Shown here in pieces: positions 31,582 to 49,325 of a stretch of DNA of 64,000 nucleotides. A model generated the notes under the pieces. The model did not search any database. It was not told the DNA's origin and was given only the letters and a program-made list of their open reading frames with translations. Position numbers and translations under genes: made by a program. Every line of letters begins with the position of its first letter. The stretch's first letter is position 1. This DNA comes from the human T2T-CHM13v2.0 reference genome, Homo sapiens, in the NCBI RefSeq assembly GCF_009914755.1, contig NC_060943.1; one strand, written 5' to 3'.

Positions 31582-32566
31582 TGTGGGCGGCAAGCCACCA
31601 GGGGCCGAGGCAAGAGACCGAGGGCACGAGCTGTTCCAGCATAATAAAGAAAATATATAAAATAAGAATAGTTATACTAGATATAGATCATAGATATGAT
31701 TATATATGAACATCATTAATCATTAGTTTGTAGCAATTACTCTTTAGTCCAATATTAATCTTCACTCTACAATCATAACCTAGGAAAAACCAGGCCATAC
31801 AGAGATAGGAGCTAAAGGGACATGGTGAGAACTGACCAGAAGACAAGTGTGAGCCCTCTGTTATGCCCGGACAGGGCCACTAGAGGGCTCCATGGTCTAG
31901 CGGTAACGCCAGTGCCTGGGAAGGAGCCCCGTTACCTTGCGGATCTTGGTCTAGCAGTAGGGTCAGTGCCTAGAAAAAGCACTCCTTACTCAGCTGACCG
32001 GGAAAAGGAGTCTCTCTTTTCCCGGGGGAGTTTAGAGAAGACTCTACTCCTCCACCTCTTGTGGAGGGTCTGACATCAGTCAGGCCTGCCTGCAGTTATG
32101 CGGAGGCCTGTTTCCCTGTGATGCTGTGCTTCAGCGGTCACGCTCCTGTTTCACTTTTATGTTCCACCCTGTACAACTGGCTCTGCCTTCTAGACAGCAG
32201 TAGCAGAATTAGTGAAAGTACTAAAAGTCTCCGAAATGCAGAAATAATGGTGTAAGCTGTCCTCTCTCTCTCCGCCTCGGCTGCCAAACAGGGAAGGGCC
32301 CCCTGTCCAGTGGACACGTGACTTGTGTGACCTTACCTATCATTGGAGATGGCTCACACTCCTTACCCTGCCCCCTTGTCTTGTATCCGAAAAATAACAG
32401 TGCAGCCAGGCATTTGGGCCACTACCGGTCTCCGCGCCTTGGTGGTGGTGGTCCCCCCGGGCCCAGCTGTCTTTTCTTCTCTTTGTCTTGTGTCTTTATT
32501 TCTACAATCTCTTGTCTCCACACACGGGGAGAAAGACCCACAGACCCTGTAGGGCTGGTCCCTACA
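31582..32566 (+). mobile_element. Solo LTR13 (ERVK-class), about 985 bp
   Basis: tgtgggcggcaagccacc...ggctggtccctaca; 6-bp TSD TGTGAA (31576-31581, 32567-32572). Confidence 0.8.
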
Positions 32567-34225
32567 TGTGAATATTGTTTCCATTGTTTTGTCTTTAATT
32601 GGAATGTGAAGGTATTCTGGAATTCTTTGTTTATTGCAAAAATTCGTGGCTGAATCCAGTATACCTGGACAGCCTCCTTTAGTTTCCGAGCAATGACCCT
32701 GGTATCTAGGTGAAATCACAACCCTGTTTTTATATATAAGAAGTCCTTGCTTAAAGTCAATAGCATCTTGGAAACTGCAACCTTAAGGAAATGATATACA
32801 GCAGGTCCTCAAGTAAAATTGTTTTGTTCAAAGTCCATTAGTTATATTGTTGATAAGGAAAAACACACGGTTTCATTATAAATCATTTCACTTAAATCAC
32901 AGTTTCCAAAAACATATTGAGGGTGTTAATTGAGGACTTACTGTATTTCAAATTTAAGTTAATTTTCACAGTTCGTGTGGAAATTATTTACATATTACAT
33001 CTGTAAAATCACTTTAAGCAGGCTATGTGTGACGAACTTGTTCACGAGCCCTCAACCTTGGCTTTTATTGACCTCACCTGGGGAGCTTACAAATGATGAT
33101 GGCTGGGCTCTCTTACCCAGAGATTTTGATTTACTTGAACCTGTGTGGGTCTGAGAGGTTTTAAAAGCACCAGTGATAGTTCAGACGATGAAGTTCTTCA
33201 AGGGATCAAGCTCAAATGGGTAAGCTACTAAAGAGCTGATTGCAGCACTAGACAATGTAATTTTCTTCAACTGTCTTCTTCAAATTCATTATCCTTCAGC
33301 AATATACAGATTGTCATTATGCTGGGAATTTTTAGTAAGCACTTGGAATTTGTTGAAAATGTTGATTTATATACGTATAGATTTTCTTCGGATTTCACTC
33401 TTGTGCGTACTGAAAGGGAAAATAGAAAAGGATAACATGGTAACAACATCCCTAAAACTTCACATGCTATAACTGATTTTTAAAAATTTGTTTAGTTTTC
33501 TTTCTTTTTTTATGAAGTGTGGGGTAGGTACACAAAGTTATACTATTCAGCCTTTAAGAAATGAAAGTGAGTCATTTGCAGCAACATGGATTTAAGTGAA
33601 ATAAGCCAGGCATGAAAAGACAAATATGGCATGTTCCCACTCATACCTATGAGCTAAAACAGTGAATCTTGTGAAGGTACAAGGTAGAATGGTAATTACT
33701 AGAGGCTGGTAAGGGAAGGAAGGAGTGGAGCATGAAAAGATGTTTACAGGGTACAAAAATGCAGTTAGATAGAAGAAATAAGTTCCAGCGTTTCCTAATA
33801 CAGTAGGGGAATTCTAGTTAGTGGTAATTGATTGCATATTTCAAAGTAGCTAGGAGAGAAGATTTGTATTGTTCTCATTATTCTGGTTTCTAAGCCATTG
33901 TCTTTCTGTTCCCTTCCCGCCTTTCTCTACTCAGCTCTTTCATGCTAGGTTGGGGCTCTTGAAGTTATTGCTCTGTTTTCCATCTGGTGTTCTTGTTACA
34001 GACTTTCATGAACACTGAATTTTACTACACTGAAATTCGGTATACTTTGCGACCACCTTCTAGTATACCCCTATGCCTGCCTCAGTGTTTAGAGGCTGCT
34101 GCCTTCAGTTACTGTCTCTGTTACCACATTGTGTCCTTTAGCCTTTGTCCTGCAGTAACAATCAAGCCAACTCCCTCTGTTCAATTCTCTTCATAATAAG
34201 TAGATTAGTTATTCAAAATAACTAG

Positions 34226-34393
<168 letters not shown>

Positions 34394-34880
34394 TAGCTAA
34401 TTTTTGTAATTTTAGTGGAGACGGGGTTTTGCCATGTTGGCCAGGCTCGTCTGGAACTTCCGACCTCAGGTGATCCACCTGCCTCGGCCTCCCAAAGTGC
34501 TGGGATTACAGGCATGAGCCGCGTGCCCAGCCCTGGTTTCTATTCCTGACCTAACCTTGACTGAGGAACAAAAGTATGTTGGAGTTGTCTGCAAGGGGAA
34601 TATTTTAAAAATGTGCTGATGAAATAAAGCTGCTTTTAAAACATATGTCTTTGTGAAGAGAGTCCAACTGAAGTTTAAGTGGCAGTGCCCTATTTCCGGT
34701 TGCTGTGTGACTCTAGTGATGTCTAGGGATTGTTAAATCACCAGTTTCATCATAAATAATTTCAGGGTTTTCTTCTTTTACTTTACACTGAGCTACCAAA
34801 AGTCCATGTCACCAGCAAACATGAACTCTCCTTTATTTCACATAAATGATAGTCAAAGAATTTGATAAGTGGGACATTAA

Positions 34881-35201
<321 letters not shown>

Positions 35202-35806
35202 TGATGTCACATGGTGGACTCTCCCCACTGGTAATGCTTTGTTGTTGGCACTTTTATTTTAATATTTAGAAGAGTGCTATGATGGATTAATACCTTGTGA
35301 TGGGAAATGTTTGGATTGTTTGGATGGTTCACAGTAGCCAACCAAAAGCGATGTGACAAACTTCAATCGGGATAGAATATACAGATGGTAGAAAAAATGT
35401 GGGATTTATGGACCCTTCATCACTCATATATTGGGCTCTTAAACGTGGGACTTTTGATAACTCAGAGGTCCTTTCTGAACCCCATGTTCCTCAGCAGCAA
35501 ATTAATTGCAGTAGTCTTTTCTTCCAAGGCCATGCAATGATTTTATATCATGGTGCCATTAACCAGTCAAATGTTAGTTTCCCTTGAAATGATAGCCCCT
35601 ATTATTACATTGAGGAAGTTAATTTTAGGGCCTGGCATGGTGGCTCATACCTGTAATCCCAGCACTTTGGGAGGCTGATTTGGCAGGAAAGTTTAAGGCA
35701 GGTGTTTGAGACCAGACTTGGCTACATAGTGAGACCCTGTCACTACATTTTTAAAAAATTTAAAAGAAGTTAATTTTAAATGGGTATTCTCAGAATATAC
35801 AAGTAA

Positions 35807-36086
<280 letters not shown>

Positions 36087-36442
36087 TGATCCGCCTGCCT
36101 CAGTCTCCCAAAGTGCTGGGATTACAGGCGTGAGCCACCACACCCAGGTAAAACAAAACATATTTCTATTGAACAAGTTCATCTGTAGAGATGTGATAAC
36201 AACTAAGAGTCTGTTTGAGGAGACATATCAAATGTACTGATTAGAACACTATTTTTGCTACTACCCAAACATTTTAAAAGCTCCCAACTCCCAGCATCTT
36301 CCGATCCAATCTACCTCTACATTCCTGTCATTTTATCATTTGTGCCCTCATATTTACCTCAGTATTTATTGATACACTGATAAATAGCATCCTTTCTTCC
36401 ACATTCAACTTGTTGGAATATATATTTACATTTATTATATCA

Positions 36443-36661
<219 letters not shown>

Positions 36662-36883
36662 TTACCTGGACATGGTGGCGCAGGAGGATTACTTGAGGCC
36701 AGGAATTCAAGGCTGCAGTGAGCTATGACTGAGCCGCTTCACTGCAGCTTGGGCAACAGAGCAAGACATCTCAAAACAAAACAAAACAAAAACTCCATAA
36801 CTTCCATACAACCTATTTTATCTACTTGAATAAAGACAGGCCAAAAGAAAGTACATTTCATTAAAGAATTTACTAGGTGATCT

Positions 36884-36918
36884 CACACACACACACACAC
36901 ACACAACACACACAACAC
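36884..36918. repeat. (CA)n microsatellite
   Basis: cacacacacacacacacacaca... Confidence 0.85.
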
Positions 36919-37329
36919 AGAGTCTACACTAGGGAGTTCTCCGCCTGAAGTGAGATGAGCTCTTTCTTGATGAGCAACAATCAGAAGCTGCTGGGAACAC
37001 TTGCTGAATTTAGGTGCAGAATTGCAGCAGCTTATTGTGATGTTGGGCTGAGAGCTTGTGGCGAAGGAGAACCAGGGTGGCTTATTTTGTCTGAAGGTCC
37101 AGGAGAACATTGTTAAGTCTGTAGAAATATCCAGTGCAGAGGAAAGGGCGACATGTCCATGTGCCAGTTCTACAGCATGGAATTTTTCTGACAGTACAAT
37201 GTCTTGAATGGTGAGGAACTCTACCGGAAGGCAGAGGGAAATCTCCATGGTCTTGGGTGCTTAGAGACCCATGTCCTGGTAGAAGGATAGGCCTGGCCTC
37301 TGTTGCTCTGTCCCTTGCTTCCCTGCACT

Positions 37330-37530
37330 GACAGAACTCAGCTGGCATATGTGAGCTGCCCCATGAGAGTCCCTTGTGGCAACAAACTGAGGGGCCTTAG
37401 GCCATTGTCCTGCAAGAACCTAAACCCTACAAACAGCCATGTGAGTGAGCTTCACAGCAGATCCTCTCCAGTCAGTCCACGAGATGACTGCAACCCTGGC
37501 TGACATCTGATTGCAGTCTTGTTAGATATG
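37330..37530 (+). mobile_element. MLT1-family LTR fragment
   Basis: aacagccatgtgagtgagctt...gatgactgcaaccctggctgaca. Confidence 0.5.
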
Positions 37531-40095
37531 GGGAAATGCTTAAGCAATATATAAAGTTACCAAGTTAGGCTGCAAAGATCAGCAGTTTCTAACATGCCAA
37601 CATAGATCAATCAGACAGAAAGAATTAGGGTCTTATCCAACTTAGCAAAAACATAAATTACCAATGCATAAAATCTCAAATTACAGGCAAGGAGTATAGA
37701 AAGTAAAATAGAAAGTCCTCCTTAGAAACATAAATCTGAACTTCAAGAATGAAAGTAGTGGCTGGGTGTGGTGGGTCATGCCTGTAATCCCAGCACTTTG
37801 GGAGGCCGAGGCGGGTGGATCACGAGGTCAGGAGTTTGAGACCAGCCTGGCCAGCATGGTGAAACCCCATCTCTACTAAAAATACAAAAGATTAGCCGGG
37901 CATGGTGGCGTGCGCCTGTAATCCCAGCGCCACTGTGCTCTAGCCTGGGCGACAGAGCAAGACTCCATCTCAAAAAAAAAAAAAAAAAAAAAAAGGTGCA
38001 ACATATTCTTCTCATGGAAGGCCTGCTTCTTCTTTATTTACATGGTTCATTCAATGGATTTGCAGATATGACTCCCATTTCATTTTAAAATTAAAAAAAA
38101 ATCTGATGTGGTTTGTCACTGTCTCTGAAACTTGGTGGTGGGAACTCAGAGGACAGAAGAGGTTTTAATGAGAAGAGGAAGCCCTGTTCCTTCAATGGTC
38201 ATTCACTTTTCTCCTCTTCTACTTTTATTTTTCTTTAAAAATGTTTTAAAACATTTTTAATTTTTGTGCGTAGATAGTAGCTGTATATATTTATGGGGTA
38301 GATGAAACGTTTTGATACAGGAATGCAATGTGAAATAACCACATCGTGGAGAATGAGGTATTCATCCCTCAACTATTTATCTTTAGAGTTACAAACAATG
38401 CAATTATACTTTCTAAGTTATTTTGTTTTATTTATTTATTTTGTTTTATGTTTTAGACAGAGTCTTGCTCTGTCGCCCAGGCTGGAGTGCAGTGGCACAA
38501 TCTCAGCTCACTGCAACCTCTGCCACCTGAGTTTTATTTCAAAGACAAATATTTATTGCAGGTATTTGAATAAACAGAAAATACTGGCTACCAAATTTGC
38601 AGGATGCAAATTAGGATTAGTATGCATTCCAAATCAGTGAAAAATGATAATATCTTTTGATACCATCAAAATGATAATATCTTTATGATATAGAATACAA
38701 TGGCCCGGAAATCAAGAGTTGGAACAAGATTGGCCCTGCCTAACATCACCTGTAGTGAGACACCTAAGGGGTTTGTGCTCCCAGATTCCACGGCTCTGAT
38801 TTCTGTGGGCTTATAGGGCTTGTATTTCAAAGGGATAGCATGTCAGACTCATTCTGGCCAGTATATTACTAGGAACCATTTGACCCAACCAGCTTTCAAA
38901 TATAGAGTCATAATTTGAAGTTGAAAATCACATTATCATTCTTTGCTTTTGTGTTTGTTTTTGGTTTGAGACAGGGTCTTGCTCTGTCACCCAGGCTGGA
39001 TTGCAGTGCCACGATCACAGCTCACTACAGCCTCAAACTCCTAGGCTCCAGTGATTCTCCTGCCTCAGCCCTCCAAGTAGCTGGGAAGACAGGTGTGAGC
39101 CACTGTGCCCCGAAAATTTTATATCACTGTTTTTATGGAAAGTAGGATGGCAAAGTTAGAAGTGTGGGCAAAGTGTCAGATTGTTAGGATATACTCTACC
39201 TCCATCTCAGTCTCCTCCTTTGAGAAATGCAGTGAATGAGACAAAATTTCTCACGAAATGTTTTCAGGATTGAATAACATCAGACATGTAAAGCAACAAG
39301 CACTGTCCTGATATTGTAAACATTTTATACGACTAATCTATGGTTTTCATTTTATTTCCTATCCAGAGGACAAGAAAAAACTATACTAAGGTGAGGAACA
39401 TCAACATTCAACAGGATAATTTTTGAGGAAACCAGGTCAGCACTTGATATTGGGAGTGCCATACACATCAAATTAGAAGTCTCAGAAAGAGTGGTAAGAA
39501 AACTGATCAAAGATGGAACTTTATGGGAAACATCTAGGGAAGAAAAGTCAAAAAGGGCTTACAGAGGGAGTTTTTAGGAGAAACTAACACAAAAACAAAA
39601 GCAAAATCATAGTTGTTTTTGATTAAAAAAAAAAAGAAAAGAAAGAAACACATTGGCCAGGCACGGTGGCTCACGCTTGTAATCCTAGCACTTTGGGAGG
39701 CTGAGGCAGGCAGATCATGAGGTCAGGAGTTCCAGACCAGCCTGAACAGTATGGTGGAACCCTGTCTCTACTAAAAATACAAAAATTAGCTGGCTGTGGT
39801 GGCACACACCTGTAATCTCAGCTACTTGAGAGGCTGAGGCAGGAGAACCGCTTCAACCTGGGAGGTAGAGGTTGCAGTGAGCCAAGATTGCACCACTGCA
39901 CTCTAGCCTGGGCGACAGAGCCAGACTCTGTCTCAAAAACAATAACAATAACAACAACAAACAACCCAATAACAACAACCAAAAATCCCACATCAAGCAC
40001 ATTTTTTAAAAGAGAAAAAGAGCCGGATATTTAAACCCACAACATTTGCCTTAGGGGTACGCAGTGTGTCCTCTTAGTTCTGAGGCCCTGATTTG

Positions 40096-41034
40096 TCATG
40101 GACAAGAGTCGGCCCTGCTGAGGAGTCTTTCCAGGGCCCCCTTCACATCCTTGTTCCTCAGGCTGTAGATGAAGGGGTTCAGCATGGGGGTGACCATGGC
40201 GTACATCACTGAGGCGGTGGAGCTGCTCTGGGAAGAATGGGTCACAGCAGAACTCAGATAGACCCCAAGTCCTGTTCCATAGAACAAGGAGACCACACAG
40301 AGGTGAGATCCACAGGTGGAAAAGGCTTTGTACTTGCCCTTGGTGGAGGACATTCCCATTAAGGAGGAGACAATCTGAGAGTAGGAGAAGAGGATCCCAG
40401 CTACAGGAAACACACCCAGCAGTGCCGTGGCCACATACAAGACAATGTTATTGAGGAGGGTGTTAGAGCAGGCCACCTTGAGGACCTGAGCCGGTTCACA
40501 GAAGAAATGCGGAATCTCAGTGCCTGTGGAGAAGGTCAACCTCTTCATCAGTAGAATATGAACCAGGGAGAACCAGAAAATGATGAACCAAGATGCCAGA
40601 ACCAGGAGGCCACAGAGGCAGGGGTTCATGATGACCGTGTAGTGCAGTGGGTGGCAGATGGCCACAAACCGGTCATAGGCCATCACGGCCAGTAGGAAAG
40701 TATCCATTCCAGCAAACATCATTAAAAAATACACCTGAGTGAGGCACCCCATGTAGGAGATGTCTTTGCTCCGTGCCTGGATGCTCACTAGCATCTTGGG
40801 GACTGTGGTGGAGATGAAACAGATGTCAACAAAGGACAGGTTGGAGAGGAAGAAGTACATGGGGGTGTGGAGGTGGGAGTCAGAGCTGACGGCCAGAATG
40901 ATGAGCAGGTTCCCCAGCACCGTGACCAGGTACATGGACAGGAACAGCCCAAAGAGGACGGGCTGCAGTTCAGGATCATCTGAGAGTCCCAGGAGGAGAA
41001 ATTTTGATAATTCTGTAAGGTTTTCTGCTTCCAT
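40096..41034 (-). CDS. OR7D4: Olfactory receptor 7D4 (androstenone/androstadienone receptor), intact, 312 aa, R88/T133 allele
   Basis: Uninterrupted [15 protein letters not shown]...RADSCP with all OR motifs; codon 88 = CGG (40773-40771), codon 133 = ACG (40638-40636). Confidence 0.96.
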   Translation of the reverse strand: MEAENLTELSKFLLLGLSDDPELQPVLFGLFLSMYLVTVLGNLLIILAVSSDSHLHTPMYFFLSNLSFVDICFISTTVPKMLVSIQARSKDISYMGCLTQVYFLMMFAGMDTFLLAVMAYDRFVAICHPLHYTVIMNPCLCGLLVLASWFIIFWFSLVHILLMKRLTFSTGTEIPHFFCEPAQVLKVACSNTLLNNIVLYVATALLGVFPVAGILFSYSQIVSSLMGMSSTKGKYKAFSTCGSHLCVVSLFYGTGLGVYLSSAVTHSSQSSSTASVMYAMVTPMLNPFIYSLRNKDVKGALERLLSRADSCP

Positions 41035-41047
41035 GTAGCTGTTGTGT

Positions 41048-41075
41048 CTGCTGGGGAAGGAGGAAAAAGCAACGT
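41048..41075 (-). other. Splice acceptor of OR7D4 coding exon (tandem CAGCAG)
   Basis: Minus strand ttgctttttcctccttccccagcag|acacaacagctacATG; paralogue has ccccagtag at about 61320-61328. Confidence 0.6.
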
Positions 41076-41322
41076 TTAATGAACAGCAAGTGGCAGCTCA
41101 GCTTGTCATCACTTTACAATATCACCTTTTGATGGACATTTGTCACCCTTCCTGGAGTCCTTACAAAGACAATGAATCTCTCAGGAAGTGGTATCTATTT
41201 TTATTCTATTTGTGTAGAGTTATCCAGCCATTCTTTAATTTTTAGAAATCTCTCTCTTTGGCCGGGCATGGTGGCTCACGCCTGTAATCCCAGCACTTTG
41301 GGAGGACAAGGTGGGCAGATCA

Positions 41323-41571
<249 letters not shown>

Positions 41572-42053
41572 TCATTTACTCACCAGTTTTAATTCCCCCA
41601 TTTGTATCTATGAACTTAAATCAATTTCTTCTTTGGTGTGAATCTTCCAAAATAATTAAAGGTATGTCATGTCTTTTCCTCGATAATCCCCATGCTTCCT
41701 TCATTCTAATAGATGTACAATAGTTATTAAGTTGTGGATTTTCAACCCAAACAACCTTTATTCTGTGACCCAGTGCTTGGAAGTGATGTGACAGTTAACT
41801 CTCAGGGCTTTCTTCCTTCCTTAAAATTAAATTATTGATATTACTTTCTTATTGAGGTTTAAAAATGCCATATGCACGGTAGGAATATCAACAAATGATA
41901 GCTATCATTACTGCTACTATTACTATTAATCTTATTAATCTTTTCCTTTTATGATAATTACTTAGATATATAACTCTTCCAAGGTATAGCATAGAGCTGT
42001 GATTTGGAAAATATTTTCTGAAATCAGACTTTTTAGAATAAAATTCTGATCCA

Positions 42054-42586
42054 TGCATTAGTCTGTTTTCACTCTGCTGATAAAGACATACCTGAGACTG
42101 GGCAATTTACAACAGAAAGATGTTTAATGGACTTACAGTTCCACGTGGCTGGGGAAGCCTTATAATCACGGTGGAAGGCAAGGAGGAGCAAGTCACATCT
42201 TACATGGATGGTGGCAGGCAAAGAGAGAAAGCTTGTGCAAGGAAACTCCCCCTTATAGAACCATAAGATCTCATGAGACTTACTCACTATCTCAAGAACA
42301 GCATGGGAAAGACCTGTCTCCATGATTCAATTTCCTCCCACTGGGTCCCTCCCATTACACATGGGAATTCAAGATGAGATCTGCCACCCCCTGCACCCCA
42401 CAGTCATCATGAACTCCTGCCTCTGTGGCCTCCTTGTTCTGGCATCTTGATTTATCATTTTCTGGGTCTCCCTGGTTCATGTTCTTCTGATGAAGAGGTT
42501 GACCTTCTCTATAGGCACTGAAATTCCACATTTCTTCTGTGACCTGCCTCTGGTTCACTGTGTAGGGACACAGCCAAACTATGTGA
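42054..42586 (-). mobile_element. Solo THE1B-like MaLR LTR carrying an OR7D fragment insertion
   Basis: ctgctgataaagacatacctgagactggg...gggaattcaagatgagat[insert]gggacacagccaaac; TSD ATCCA (42049-42053, 42587-42591). Confidence 0.85.
42379..42556 (+). pseudogene. OR7D4-like coding fragment (TM3 end to ECL2) inserted inside a THE1 LTR
   Basis: Translates [55 protein letters not shown]; colinear with OR7D4 codons 126 to about 184, opposite strand to OR7D4. Confidence 0.9.
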
Positions 42587-42779
42587 ATCCACCAACTTAC
42601 TACTGTATACCATAGAGAAAGTTATTTGAACTGTCTTAGCTGCAGCTACCTCACCTCCATAGTAGGAGTAGTAAATACTCCCTATGTGGGAATATTGAAG
42701 AGTGAAATTAAATGAGATTATCCATGTCATTTGTCTACTATGATTTCTGTGTCATACAATGGATATTTCACACATATGA

Positions 42780-43112
<333 letters not shown>

Positions 43113-43690
43113 TAAATCTGTCTTTCATGGCTATCATTTATCAATATCAATATCCCCCTTACATGGGGCAGCCATCAAGGATGGAATTCTGATCACTGTG
43201 AATACAACAGGTCTGTTACGTCTTGTGACCACCACACAGGACTCTCAACTCATGAAGATCCCTATGCTTCCCTGCTTCAGAGAATGTCTGCCCAGTGTAT
43301 TCCTCCAAGAAGTAACAAAAGCCTGTGGACTACATACACAAGATGAGAAAAGAAAGGGACACCGCCATTAGAATCAAAGACAAGGCCTGAGAGAATGTGT
43401 GCTTGTGTACACATGCAGTTGAGTGGGAATGTTGGACTAATATCAGGGCAATGAATTGCCAAGAAATGTGACTGATAAGTTTGATATAAAAATTTAAAAA
43501 TTTCTATAAATCAAATCATCCTAAAAAACTAAAGGGCAACTTTGAGGTTTGAAAAAAAATTTGCATTTTTCATGATGGAAAAAAGGTTGTTACTATTTAT
43601 GCCTAGAGAATGTTGATTAATTAAAGATGGAAAAATAATCACTGAAGACCAACTTTAGTCCTGGAAAGTGGATAGAAGAGGCTTCTCTGA

Positions 43691-43858
<168 letters not shown>

Positions 43859-45697
43859 TGAGTAGCTGGGATTACAGGTGTGTGCCACTACGCTCAGCTA
43901 ATTTTTTTATTTTTAGTAGAGACAGGGTTTCACCTTGTTAGCCAGGCTGGTCTCGAACTACTGACCTCAAGTGATCTGCCCACCTCGGCCTCCCAAAATG
44001 CTGGGATTACAGACATGAGCTACTGCACCTGGCCGGATCATTGTTAATTAGGGGAAGTAAGGAAAGGAAAGGGTAAATCTTCTAGGCTGACAGAAGAGAA
44101 TTCGAGATTGTCCCATGGGTCATTGAGCTTGTAAAGGAAGGGATTTGAGATGCCAGTGAGATGGGGAGCAGGGAATGAAAGCGGGATATGTATTTGATGA
44201 CTAGAAATAGAACATCCTATATTCTTCCTCCTTGTCCCTTTCACATTGGTCAACTTATATTTAGTTTTAGACAGTGGTTGCGATTGTTTTGTCTCATCAT
44301 TTAACAAGGATTTACGTGGTGCCCAGCACATTACTGATTCTGAGCAAGTACAAATTGAAATGTTCTATAAAGACTGGGACCAAAGCATCAACTATAACAC
44401 AAAATAGAAATCTTCAAGTTTAAGACATGTTTGAATATAGACATAAATTTAATAATACAGTAAATAACATATTCATATCTCTTTTAAAATAATGATAAAT
44501 GAAGTAGTAATACCAGCTCTAACAATGGAAGCAGGTTTAATGTAAGAATGTCTGCATAATTCATCACAAAAACAGGTCAGTAAAGAGAAATCATAAACAA
44601 AATCACAATAGAAAAAATGCATTTGAAAAAGATTATCAACCAGGGCAGATCCTCTCAATAAAGGAAGAAACCAAGGACAATTGCTTAACCCGATAAACAA
44701 TGGTTGTTTTAATACCACAGGCAACAAGATATGCTATGTTAAAACAGTAAGGGGTTTAAATTCCTGGATACACCAAAGGCCGTCTACTACAATTTCAATC
44801 TTTTGATATTTTGGTGAACATGCAAATGGATTTTTTTTTGGGGGGGACATGGTGTCACTTTGTCACCTGGGCTGGAGTGCGGGGTGCAGTCTCAGCTTAC
44901 TGCAACCTCTGCCTCCTGGGTTCAAGCAATTATCCCATCTCAGTCTCCCGAGTAACTGGGATTGCAGGTGTAAGCTAAGGTGTCAGGCTTTCTTTTTTTG
45001 TTATTGTTTAGTAGAGACAGGGTTTTGCCATGTTAGCCAGGCTGGTCTCAGGGTCCTGGCCTCAAGTGATCTGCCCGCCTCGGCCTCCCAAAGTGCTGGG
45101 ATTATAGATGTGAGCCACTACGTTCAGCCAAGGGATTTTTAATATGAGAAAAAAAATTGGACTGCATGTTGAATGTCAGAAATAATTGTATTATTTCTAT
45201 ATGATATCATGGATACTAAGTTGAAATAGCAAAAACATAACAGCTAGTAAGTGCTGTAAATAAGTCACCATCTCCACCACATCAACCCTACCCCCAATCC
45301 CCAGACCACTCTGGGTCTGGTAACCAATAATCTGCCAGGAAAAATATAGAATATAATAGAAAAATCCAATCACATTAGGAACACATAGACAATACCTTGA
45401 GCATAGTAGATCTTCCGTGAGTAGTTAATGAATAAGTAACTGGATGTACGAAATTCAACAGGAGACTAAAGTTTATAGGAAAGAGTGCAGGAGAGTTAGA
45501 GACTGTTCGGAAAATAACTTATTAAAGACGGGCCCTGGATTCCAAGGAGTGAGAACAGAAGGTGGGAGACACTGGTTTCTGTGAAAACTAAAGTACCATC
45601 AAAGTACAGGGACTTCACCTTCATAGACTCAATAAGTATGGGACTTTCCAGGCTCATTACTGTGAAGGCTAGTACTTATTCTCTCTCCTCTTTTCCT

Positions 45698-45910
45698 TCT
45701 TACCCCACCAGCCCTCACTGGGTCACACTAACTCTGATGGTTATCACTGAAGTTTTCTCTTCTACACGATCTGTTCCTAGGAAGCCGTACTGGGTTTTTT
45801 CCAAAGGCTGGGAGCAGAGAATTACAGGTGAGGTTGTTTAAACAGGGGCACATTTTAAGTTTCCAGTGTCTCAAGAGTTGAATTCTCAGAGCACCTTATT
45901 AAATAAATTG
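45698..45910 (-). promoter_or_regulatory. Putative OR7D4 promoter and non-coding exon 1
   Basis: Minus strand TAATAAG (45901-45895), O/E-like TCTCAAGAG about 45869, donor GG|GTAAGA at 45703-45698; conserved in the paralogous arm. Confidence 0.5.
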
Positions 45911-46269
45911 TTCTATTTTCTTCCCACTCTCCAAAGAGTTTGGCTCCCTTTGAGTAGTAAGAAGATGATAGAATGGAAATTTTTCAGTTAATTTTGTGAT
46001 GAAATAGGCAGTGGTAGGGCATGATGGATTTATTTCCCCCAAGAAGAAATTCTTTCTTCGGTTTAATTTGAAAGTCACAAGTTTTGCCCTAAGGAAAGAT
46101 TAATTTCTGCAAGGAACTAAACTCAGGAATCATCTCCAAGCAATGTGACTCCCTTGAAGAGTCTTTGGAGATTTTATGGATCCCTCGGTGTTGAAAATTC
46201 ATGGAAACAAAAATGTCTTTTCTTTTTAAATATTTTTTCAAATTATTTTTATATATTTTTTTAAATTAT

Positions 46270-49325
<3,056 letters not shown>

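Noticed and set aside
45581-45841. Similar ORFs MGLSRLIT... at 45581-45841 (+) and 55951-56208 (-) as a possible new peptide family
   Set aside because: Explained by the inverted duplication; different starts, indels and ends, with no sign of coding constraint
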